A stretch of DNA of 64,000 bases from an uncultured Actinomycetes bacterium (GTDB taxonomy: Bacteria > Actinomycetota > UBA4738 > HRBIN12), in contig CAVXJC010000005.1 of the NCBI GenBank assembly GCA_963762075.1, positions 23,223 through 87,222 on the forward strand, read 5' to 3'. The position numbers and the translations under genes are program-made. The notes beneath the pieces were generated by a model. That model had not been told where the DNA came from and made no database searches. It saw nothing but the letters and a program-made list of their open reading frames with translations. This document shows, in pieces, positions 39,853 to 47,925 of the stretch (within the stretch, counting starts at the first letter, position 1; the number at the start of each line of letters is the position of its first letter).

Positions 39853-40833
39853 TCCTCGAACGTCGCCACGTCGGTCACGGCTGCGGCCGCCAGGCGCACG
39901 ATCGGCACGGCCACGAGCGCTCCGCTGGCCTCTCCGAGGCGCAAGCTCAGATCGACGAGCGGATCGAGGCCGAGCCGCTGGAGCAGCAGGGCATGGCCCG
40001 CTTCCGCCGATCGATGCCCCGCGAGACAGTGGTCGAGCGCACCGGGGCGGGCGACGTGCAGCGGCGCCACCGCTGCGCAGACCACGAAGCCGTCGAGCAC
40101 CACGGGCAGCGACCGACGGCGGGCCTCGGCGACGGCGGCCGCGATCGCGACGAGTTCGGCTCCGCCGACCTGGCGGAGCGCCTCAACAGGTGAGAGCCGG
40201 GCAGCTCGACCACGGGCCTGCTCGACCACGGCGATCTTGTGAGTGAGGCCATCATCGGTGATGCCGGTACCACGCCCGGTCCAGTTGGCGCGGGTCGCCT
40301 CCGAATATCGAAGCGCAGACGGCCGAGGCCGCCGTGGTGTTGCCGATGCCCATCTCGCCGAGCACGAGCAGATCTGCGCCCTCCCCGGCCGCGCGTGACA
40401 CGGCATCTGTGCCCGCCTCCACACATCGCTCGAACCGCTGCGGCGTCAGCGCCGGCTCGACCCTGATGTCGCCGGTCGGCTCGCCGACGCCGACGTCGAT
40501 CGTTCGGATCCGGGCGCCGAGCAGCCGAGACATCACCGATGCGGTCGCGACGCCGGCATCGAGCGCCGCCAGCATGGTCTTCGTGACCTCGGCGGGGTAG
40601 GCGCTCACGCCTGCCGACGCCACGCCGTGGTCGGCGACGAAGATGACCGTCGAGACGTTCTCGACCGTGGGGCGGCCCGTCCGATGCCATCCCGCGAGCC
40701 AGACGGCGATCTCGTCGAGCCGGGCAAGTGCGCCTTGCGGGCGCAGCACCGAGCCCGCCCGGGAACGCACGGCGGCCATCGCCTCGGCGTCGGGCTCGGG
40801 AAGGTCTGCGAGCAGTCGGTCGAGCGCGTTCAC
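39837..40833 (-). pseudogene. cobT: nicotinate-nucleotide--dimethylbenzimidazole phosphoribosyltransferase, one frame disruption
   Basis: The N-terminal two-thirds (…LVLGEMGIGNTTAASAVCASIFGGDP) and the C-terminal third (ANWTGRGTGITDDGL…EEWGPV) are in different frames. They join near 40288-40296. The GTG start is GTGA-coupled to the cobU stop. Confidence 0.8.
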
Positions 40834-41391
40834 GCCTGCCGCTCCTCGTGGCCTGCGAGGAAGTCCGCGGGAACCACCGGGGTGAGTGACATGGCGCGTC
40901 CGGCCACGACCAGCAAGGCTCGCTCGGCCCTGTCCGCGAACGCGGCGTTCACCCGCCCGAGCACGTCGCGATAGGTGCGAGCGAGCTCGTTCATCGGCAC
41001 GATGCCCCACCCGACCTCGTTCGTGACGACGACGGTCGGCGCCGGTCGCGCTGCAGCGATGCCGGCCGCGGCGCGACCGAGCTCGACCACGCGGTCGGAG
41101 GCGTCGCCCGCGCCCAACCGGTTCGACGTCCAGAGCGTCAGGCAGTCGACGATCGCGAACGCATCGGGCGCGGCCGCACCGAGCGCCCCCTCGAGATCGA
41201 GCGGCTCCTCGATGACGCGCCACTCGACCGGACGTTCGACCCGATGCCGTTCGATGCGCGCCCGCATCTCGTCGTCGAGCGCCTCGGCGGTCACGATCAC
41301 GTCGACCGGACCCTTCCACGCCCGACGCGAGCTGAGCAGCCAGACGAGACTTGCCGCTCGCCACCGGGCCCGTCAGGAGCGTGAGCGCCAT
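40830..41391 (-). pseudogene. cobU: adenosylcobinamide kinase / adenosylcobinamide-phosphate guanylyltransferase, one frame disruption
   Basis: The P-loop N-terminus MALTLLTGPVASGKSRLAAQLA is in one frame. PVDVIVTAEALDDEMRARIERHR...DCLTLW is in another. The junction lies near 41305-41316. Confidence 0.75.
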
Positions 41392-41407
41392 CGCGTCATC
41401 GCCGCCA

Positions 41408-41968
41408 TCAGAAGTCGATGCCCCGCTTCGCGACGAGACCCGCCTCGAACGCGTGCTTCACGTTGCGCATCTCCGTGACCGTGTCGGCGACCTCGATGAG
41501 GGCGGGCGGCGCATCGCGACCGGTGGCCACCACGCTCACGCGCTCGTCGCGGCCGGCGATCGTGGCCACGACGGCGTCGGTGTCGATCCAACCCCACGTC
41601 ATGGGGTAGGTGACCTCGTCGAGCACGACGACCTCGTGCGTGCCCCCGGCGAGCGCCGCCTCTGCGGCGGACCAGGCCTCCCGAGCAAGCCCGGCGCTCG
41701 CCTCCAGATCGTCGGAGTCCCAACTGAACCCGTCGCCGATCGCGCGCCAGTCGACTCCGAGCCGCTGCAGCATCTCTTGCTCGCCCGATCGCCAATCGCC
41801 GGACTTGACGAACTGCACGACGAGGACGCGCCACCCTCGGGCGAGCGCGCGGAGCGCCACCCCCATCGCCGCGGTGCTCTTGCCCTTTCCCTCTCCGGTG
41901 TGCACGAGCACGAGCGACCGCGCATGGCCGAGTGATGCGGTCTCGGGCGCCGACCTCGGCGGCTCCAT
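41408..41968 (-). CDS. cobO: cob(I)yrinic acid a,c-diamide adenosyltransferase
   Basis: LVLVHTGEGKGKSTAAMGVALRALARGWRVLVVQFVK ... EMRNVKHAFEAGLVAKRGIDF. It reads as an intact 186 aa. Confidence 0.85.
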   Translation of the reverse strand: MEPPRSAPETASLGHARSLVLVHTGEGKGKSTAAMGVALRALARGWRVLVVQFVKSGDWRSGEQEMLQRLGVDWRAIGDGFSWDSDDLEASAGLAREAWSAAEAALAGGTHEVVVLDEVTYPMTWGWIDTDAVVATIAGRDERVSVVATGRDAPPALIEVADTVTEMRNVKHAFEAGLVAKRGIDF

Positions 41969-41970
41969 CG

Positions 41971-42881
41971 TCACGTCGGCTCTACCCCCTCGGCCGAGAG
42001 CACTGCCGGCTGCTCGTCGCCGGCGCTCACGGCGCGACGAACCGGCACCAGCACGTGCCCCGATCCGTCGACGGGCACGAGTCGCACCGACGCGCCGAAG
42101 AACTCGCGCACGACCTGCTCGGTGAGCACTTCGCTCGGAACGCCCTCGGCGACCTGGTTCCCCTCGTGCAGCAGCAGCAGGCGATCGGCGAACTGCCCCG
42201 CGAGCGACAGGTCGTGCAGCGCGGTCACGACCGTGACCCCCCGATCGCGGCGGAGATCCTCGAGGAGCTCGAGCACGTCCTGCTGACGGCCGACGTCGAG
42301 CGATGTCGTGGGCTCGTCGAGCAGCAGGAGCGAGGGTTCCTGGGCGAGGGCCCTCGCCACGAAGACCCGCTGGGCCTCCCCACCCGAGAGGGACGTGACC
42401 GGTCGCGACACGACGTCCGCGATGTCGAGCGCAGCAAGCACCTCGGCGACGACCTCTCGATCGCGCCGGCCGATCGAACCGAAGTAGCGGATGTGCGGAG
42501 TGCGCCCGAGCGAGACGTAGTCGAGCACCGTCGCGCCCTCGGGCACCGTCGGCCGCTGGGCCACCACCGCGATGCGCACCGCAAGCTCTCGTCGTCGCAA
42601 CTCGGCGGTGTCGCGCCCGCTCAACCGCACCCGGCCTCGGTGCACTGTCAAGCCGGCGATCGCTCGCAGCAGCGTGGACTTGCCGGCGCCGTTTGGCCCG
42701 AGCACTCCGAGCCATCCGCCGGGCGGCAGGTCGAACGAGACATGGCGCACGACGTCGCGACCGGCGAGCTCGACACCAACGTCCCGTAGCTCGAGCTCGA
42801 CACCCCGTCGGGCATCGCGACCTCGTCGCCGCCTCCACGCATCCGTATCTCGACGCCGGCATCGCGGCTCCCGAGTTTCAT
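41971..42881 (-). pseudogene. ABC transporter ATP-binding protein (BtuD/FecE-like), one frame disruption near the N-terminus
   Basis: ATG 42881 is ATGA-coupled to the permease stop and gives [26 protein letters not shown]. The frame then changes near 42800 to ELELRDVGVELAGRDVVRHVSFDLPPGGWLGVLGPNGAGKST... Confidence 0.75.
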
Positions 42882-43896
42882 ACCGGCTTCCCGGAACGGC
42901 GCAGGAGCAACGCGAAGAACGGCGCGCCGATCACCGCCGTGACCACACCGATCGGCAGCTCGGCGGGTGCGACGACCGTGCGAGCGGCCATGATCGGCCA
43001 GCACGAGGAACGCCGCCCCCGCCAGCGCCGACAACGGCACGATCCAGCGGTTCGAGGCGCCGACGATCATGCGCACGGCATGCGGCACGATGATGCCGAC
43101 GAACCCGATCAACCCTGCCACCGCCACGGCCGCGGCCGTGGCGAGCGACGCTGCGACGACGACGGGCAGCCGAACCCGAGTCGGCCTGCAGCCCGAGGCT
43201 CTCTGCCTCGTCGTCGCCGAGCCCGAGCACATCCAGGAGTCGGCCGTGCAGCAAGAGCACAGCGATGCTCACAGCCGCATAGGGAAGGATCAGCACGACG
43301 TCGCTCCAGCCGGCCGTCGTGAGCCGGCCCAGGATCCAGGTGTAGACCTCCCGCAGGGTGTCGGAGTTCTGCTGTTGCACGAAGGTCTGCACCGCGGTGA
43401 GGAATGACGCGACGGCGACACCCGCGAGCACGAGCCCGGTCGTGGTTCGTCCGCCCATCGATCCTCCGACAGCGTAGGCGATCGCGACCCGGCGAGCGCG
43501 CCCACGAACGACGCGAGCGGAAGCAGCGGGGTGCCGGCGCCGAAGGACCCCGCCACCCCGTAGACGAAGGCGATGGTCGCGCCGAGTCCGGCGCCCGCCG
43601 CCGCGCCGAGCAGATAGGGGTCGGCGAGCGGATTGCGGAACGCTCCTTGGTAGGCCGCGCCCGACACCGCGAGGCATGCGCCGACCACGCACGCGAGGGC
43701 GACCCGCGGGGCGCGGAGCTGCCACAGGATCGTGACCTGCTCGCTGGTCGAGGTCACCGTCGCCGATGAGCGGAACCAGCCGAAGAGCTCACGGAGGACC
43801 CCGAAGGGTCAGGTGCACGGGCCCGACGAGCAGGGCGCCCGCCGCGAGGGCGACGAGCGCGAGCGTGGCGGCAACGAACCGACGATGGGGCACCAC
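42878..43896 (-). pseudogene. FecCD/BtuC-family ABC permease, at least four frame disruptions
   Basis: Family-typical segments sit in alternating frames: RRFVAATLALVALAAG; ILWQLRAPRVALACVVGA...; VAIAYAVGGSMGGRTTTGLVLAGV...; PTRVRLPVVVAASLATAAAVAVAGLIGFVGIIVPH...; [30 protein letters not shown]. The junctions lie near 43800, 43490, 43185 and 42996. Confidence 0.75.
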
Positions 43897-43912
43897 CGGC
43901 GGTCCTCGCTGC

Positions 43913-44864
43913 TCACTCGCGAACGTCGTCATCCGGCCGTCTCACCGCCAGCCCCTCCCCCACCGCGCGCATGAACTCCACGACGCGCGGACCCCAACGC
44001 GACGCGACGTCGTCGCCGATCTCGATCACCGAACCCTCGGCACAGCCGTGAGACCGACCACCCGGGCCGATCGGCCACGTTCGCCGCGCGTGACTGTCCG
44101 CAGCACTCGCCGTCGGCGAGCACGATCAGCGCCGGGTCGGGATCCACGATGTACTCCGACGAGAGCTGCGGATATCCCGAGCCCGCCCCCTTCGCCTCGT
44201 CGGCGATGTTGGCGAGGCCGAACATCTCGTAGACCTGGCCGATGAAGGTGTCGGTGGTGACGCTGTAGTACGTGTCGTCCAGCTCGTGGTAGACGGTCAT
44301 GGCCCCTCGGCGGGCGGCACCGAAGCGACGATCGCGTCGATCTCGGTCACGCACGTCCGCTGCGACCTCGGCGGCTTCCTCGGCGTGGCCGGTCACGATG
44401 CCGAGCTGCTCGATCTGCGCATAGGTCTCGTCGAGCGTCTCGGCCGCCGGAAGCAGACGACGGGCACGTCCAGACCCGCCAGGCCATTCACGACGTCGCC
44501 GGCGTCGGTATCCAATATCACAGATCCGGGTCGTAGGACACGATCGCCTCGATGTTCGGCTCGAAGCCCGACAGGTCGGTGTCGGGGCTCGTCGGGGAAG
44601 GTCGAGTACTCGTCGACCGCTATCGACCTGATCGCCCGCGCCCACCGCGAAGAGCATCTCGGTCGACCGTGGGCGAGAACGACACGATCGCGTGGGTCTG
44701 CGCGTCGATCGCGAACCGGATCCGTTGCCCGCCTCGACGGTGACCGGGAACGGGTCGGACGATGAGGAGGGCGCGGCCCGGTTTCGTCCGTTGCTCGGAG
44801 CCGCACGCGGTGAGCTGGACGACACCACCACCACCACGGCGACCAAGGAAAGGATCTTCCTCAT
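43913..44864 (-). pseudogene. periplasmic-binding-protein (BtuF/FecB-like) lipoprotein, about a dozen frame disruptions
   Basis: Recognisable segments are spread over all three frames: MRKILSLVAVVVVV | VQLTACGSEQ | DPFPVTVEAGNGS | IRFAIDAQTHAIVSFSPTV | TEMLFAVGAGDQV | IAVDEYSTFPDE | PDTDLSGFEPNIEAIVSYDPDL | VILDTDAGDVVNGLAGLDVPVV | LPAAETLDETYAQIEQ... | EIDAIVASVPPAEGP | MTVYHELDDTYYS... | AEGSVIEIGDDVASRWGPRVVEFMRAV. Confidence 0.75.
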
Positions 44865-44929
44865 GACACATCCTCCCTTCCGGAGGATGAGGGATACGCT
44901 CGGCGCGGGCGCCGAACGGACCGCTCCTC

Positions 44930-45100
44930 ATCGCGAGAACGATTCCGCCGACACGGGTCAGGCGACCTGGCTCGTCCTCCACGAAGGAGGCTTCACAGCT
45001 GCGCGACAGCGCCGGATTCGCACCGGACTTCGCTGAGCACCGTGCCACCCGGACATGACGTCCCGGGCGAGCGCACGATAGCACCCGCCGGCGCTCAAGG
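44930..45100 (-). promoter_or_regulatory. cobalamin (B12) riboswitch
   Basis: The minus strand reads ...AGCGAAGTCCGGTGCGAATCCGGCGCTGTCGCGCAGCTGTGA... This matches the conserved core GGTG-GAA-CCGG-GC-G-C-CGC-ACTGT. A B12-box-like GAGCCAGGTCGCCTGAC lies at 44973-44957. The element lies 5' of the B12 uptake/salvage operon. Confidence 0.75.
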
Positions 45101-45142
45101 GCGAGGGGCCGGTGGGCGCGGTCGTCCCGGGTAGCATCCGCC

Positions 45143-45805
45143 ATGTCGGAGGCCCCCAGCGAGCGCACCCGAGTGCATCGCCACCCGGAGCGATGCCGAC
45201 TACGAGCCGCACGACGATCCAGAGGTGCTCGACGAGGCGCTATTTGCACGGTCTCGTGGGTCGAGCACGGACGCCCTCGTGCGCTTCCCACGATCCAGGC
45301 TCGGATCGGCGACACCCTTTACCTGCACGGCTCGCGCGGCGCTCGAGCGTGGAAAGCGGTCTCGGGCGGCGCGGAGGTCTGCGTCGTGGCGACGGTCGTG
45401 GACGAGCTCGTGCTGGCCAGGACCTCGCCCGCGCATTCGATGAACTACCGCAGCGTGGTGGTGTTCGGCCATGGTCGCGAGGTCACCGAAGCCGACGAGT
45501 TGTACGCCGCGGCGGCGGCGATCACGCACCACGTGCTGCCGGGCCGGGAAAGCGACGCCGCTCGTCCCGATGAGGACGACTGGCGGGAGACGTTGATCTT
45601 CGCGATGCCGATCGTCGAGGCGAGCGCCAAGGTTCGCACCGGTCCGCCGAAGGACCCCGAAGAGGACCTCGCGCTCGACGTGTGGGCCGGCACGTTGCCC
45701 TTGCGTCTCGTGGTCGGCGCACCCAACCCATCGCCGGACCTCTCGCCGGGGATCGCCGAGCCTTCGTACTTCCCGCCCGATGGGATGGAGCTGCCACGAC
45801 CGTGA
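45143..45805 (+). CDS. pyridoxamine 5'-phosphate oxidase-family (FMN-binding split barrel) protein, N-terminus carries a compensated frameshift pair
   Basis: It is paralogous to the next gene (LPTIQARIGDTLYLHGS / IPTIHARIGDTLYVHGS; SMNYRSVVVFG / SMNYRTVIVYG). Between about 45190 and 45245 the paralogue-like reading (ADYEPHDDPEVLDEALF) is in another frame. Confidence 0.7.
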   Translation: MSEAPSERTRVHRHPERCRLRAARRSRGARRGAICTVSWVEHGRPRALPTIQARIGDTLYLHGSRGARAWKAVSGGAEVCVVATVVDELVLARTSPAHSMNYRSVVVFGHGREVTEADELYAAAAAITHHVLPGRESDAARPDEDDWRETLIFAMPIVEASAKVRTGPPKDPEEDLALDVWAGTLPLRLVVGAPNPSPDLSPGIAEPSYFPPDGMELPRP

Positions 45806-46467
45806 GTGCCGGGGCCCCCACCGCTCGCACCAGGGTGCGCAGGCTTCCAGAACTGGGCGTCTATGCGCGCGATCGGGTTCACGCGATCCTGGACGAGGCC
45901 TTGTATTGCCACCTCGCATGGGTCGGTGCCGACGGGGACCCGCGTGTGATCCCGACGATCCATGCGCGGATCGGCGACACCTTGTACGTGCACGGCTCTT
46001 CTGCTTCCAGCACACTGCGGGCGATCAAGCACGGTCTGCCCGTCGCCGTCGCCGTCACGATCGTCGACGGCATCAGGTTCGCGCGGTCGATGTTCGAGCA
46101 CTCCATGAACTACCGCACCGTGATCGTGTACGGAACCGTCGAAGAAGTCACCGACCGCGACGAGCTCGCGACGATCTTCGACGTGATCACCGACCACGTG
46201 GCGCCGGGACGCAGCTTCGACGCCAGGCGCCCGACCGATGGCGAGCTACGACAGACCACCTTCGTGAAGGTGTCGCTCGAAGAATGCAGCGCCAAGGTGA
46301 GCGAGGGCTTCCCCGAGGAGCCCGACGACGACCTCGCCCTCGATGTGTGGGCGGGCATCTTGCCGCTTCGGACGATAGCCGGCGAGCCGGTTCCCGACCC
46401 TCTGTTACGGGAGGGCACCGAGACCCCCGGCTACGTCACGGACTGGAAGCGCCCCGGAAGCGCATGA
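45802..46467 (+). CDS. pyridoxamine 5'-phosphate oxidase-family protein
   Basis: The GTG start is GTGA-coupled to the preceding stop. It reads as an intact 221 aa. Confidence 0.8.
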   Translation: MSAGAPTARTRVRRLPELGVYARDRVHAILDEALYCHLAWVGADGDPRVIPTIHARIGDTLYVHGSSASSTLRAIKHGLPVAVAVTIVDGIRFARSMFEHSMNYRTVIVYGTVEEVTDRDELATIFDVITDHVAPGRSFDARRPTDGELRQTTFVKVSLEECSAKVSEGFPEEPDDDLALDVWAGILPLRTIAGEPVPDPLLREGTETPGYVTDWKRPGSA

Positions 46468-46490
46468 GCCTCGCCCCCGGCGGCACCTCG

Positions 46491-46574
46491 CGCACCATTC
46501 GGTCGGGTGCGCCAAGCGCACTATTCGGCCGGGTGCGCCAAGCGCACTATTCGGTCGGGTGCGCCAAGCGCACC
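46491..46574. repeat. 26-bp tandem repeat x3 (plus a partial copy), each unit containing palindrome GTGCGC-CAA-GCGCAC
   Basis: Units lie at 46497-46522, 46523-46548 and 46549-46574 (ATTCGG(T/C)CGGGTGCGCCAAGCGCAC(T/C)). The array lies between convergent genes. The last unit encodes the C-terminus of the Doc-like ORF. Confidence 0.9.
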
Positions 46575-46909
46575 ACGAACCGCTCGAGGGCGGCGGCGGT
46601 CTCGAGCACGGTGAGCTCACCGGTCGCGGCGACGGCGACGACCGGGATGATCTCGTCGGGTACTGCGTTCAGGTCGAGCCCGTTGCGATTCAAGAAGACG
46701 GTCGTGGCCAGCAGTGAGACCCTGGCGTTGGACAGCGCGAACGGGCGCAGACGCAACATCGCAAGCAGCAGCGCCGCTGCCTTGGGCACTACTCCCGGAT
46801 AGACGTCGGCGCCTTCCTCACGTCTCGAGGGCTCGGCCACGGCGTCGGCGAGACGCTCGTGATCGGGGATCGCATCGTCGCCGAGCTCTGCTCGCGCGAT
46901 GGTTACCAC
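46547..46909 (-). CDS. Doc (death-on-curing)/Fic-fold toxin homologue with degenerate Fic motif
   Basis: YPGVVPKAAALLLAMLRLRPFALSNARVSLLATTVFLNRNGLDL aligns to the Doc core ...AAaL...HPFvDGNKRta...FL..NG. The motif reads RPFALSNAR. Confidence 0.65.
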   Translation of the reverse strand: MVTIARAELGDDAIPDHERLADAVAEPSRREEGADVYPGVVPKAAALLLAMLRLRPFALSNARVSLLATTVFLNRNGLDLNAVPDEIIPVVAVAATGELTVLETAAALERFVVRLAHPTE

Positions 46910-46938
46910 GTCGTCGGCGCTGAGGAAGCGGGGGGGGT

Positions 46939-47211
46939 CTACAGCTCCCCCAGCCGGTCGAGGATGTCGCGGAACCGCTCACGAGCGCGATCGGTGAACG
47001 CGTTCACCTCCGCTTGCCGCCCCGAGGTCTCGAGGTACCCCCGCACCGCCCGGCGGAGGTGCTCCTCCTCACCGACGCCGGTGACCGTGGCTAGCAGTCG
47101 GAGCTGTTGTGTGACCTCGTTCGAGATATGGATCGTTCGCTGCAAGCGGGGAACACCTCCGGGACGGTCGCGAGCTCCATCTTGGTCGGTGAGAGCCTCC
47201 AGGTCGAGCAC
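46939..47211 (-). CDS. ribbon-helix-helix antitoxin-like protein
   Basis: 90 aa. RTIHISNEVTQQLRLLATVTGVGEEEHLRRAVRGYLE is RHH-like. It lies immediately upstream of the Doc-like gene. Confidence 0.6.
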   Translation of the reverse strand: MLDLEALTDQDGARDRPGGVPRLQRTIHISNEVTQQLRLLATVTGVGEEEHLRRAVRGYLETSGRQAEVNAFTDRARERFRDILDRLGEL

Positions 47212-47253
47212 CTTCCGTGGACCCGAGTTGACGGAGGTCGGTCAAGCGAGTAG

Positions 47254-47272
47254 ATATATCGGACCGATATAT
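47254..47272. promoter_or_regulatory. AT-rich perfect palindrome ATATATCGG-A-CCGATATAT
   Basis: It lies in the divergent region between the antitoxin gene (start 47211) and padR (start 47323). It is a conspicuous AT island in GC-rich DNA. Confidence 0.5.
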
Positions 47273-47322
47273 CGTTCCGTCCTATCCATCCCAGCCTCAC
47301 CACCGAAAGGAACGACCACACG

Positions 47323-47925
47323 ATGCTCGAGCTCGCGGTCCTCGGCCTCCTGAAGCAGCAACCCATGCACGGCTATCAGCTCTCCCGTGAGCTCGGTGGT
47401 TCGCTGGGGGGCTTCTGGCGGGTTTCGTACGGCTCCCTGTATCCGACGCTGCGTCGCCTGGAACGCGATGGGTTCGTTGCGCCAGTGCATGGGCCCGGAG
47501 AGAGTACCGGTGGGCGCCGCAAGACCGTCTTCGGCATCACCGAGCAAGGTGAGCGAGCCTTCCTCGAGCTGCTGCAGGAGACACCGAACGACAACTCGAC
47601 CGAAGACACGCGCTTCCGAGTGCGGCTCGCGTTCTTCCGCTACCTCCCGCCCGAGACCCGGATCAGATTGCTCGAACGCCGGCGGACGTACCTGACCGAG
47701 CGTCTGCACACCATCGACGATTCGCTGCGCACCACGCACGAAGGCGCCGACGACTACACGATGTCGCTCATGGAGCACGGACGCAGCGCCACCCGGTCCG
47801 ACATCGACTGGCTCGACGGATTGATCGACAACGAGCGCACCGCCACGGCAACGAGAGACCTCGAACGAGGCGGCGCCAGGAGCCGTCGTACGGCGGTCCT
47901 CAGCAGGAAGGAGCGCACCTCATGA
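47323..47925 (+). CDS. PadR family transcriptional regulator
   Basis: [49 protein letters not shown]. It overlaps the ino1 start by 4 nt. Confidence 0.9.
   Translation: MLELAVLGLLKQQPMHGYQLSRELGGSLGGFWRVSYGSLYPTLRRLERDGFVAPVHGPGESTGGRRKTVFGITEQGERAFLELLQETPNDNSTEDTRFRVRLAFFRYLPPETRIRLLERRRTYLTERLHTIDDSLRTTHEGADDYTMSLMEHGRSATRSDIDWLDGLIDNERTATATRDLERGGARSRRTAVLSRKERTS

Noticed and set aside
41408-42862. The 484-aa ORF that appears to extend cobO far upstream.
   Set aside because: Only the last 186 codons (from ATG 41968) are CobO-like. The upstream part overlaps the ABC ATPase gene in another frame and is Arg-rich nonsense.
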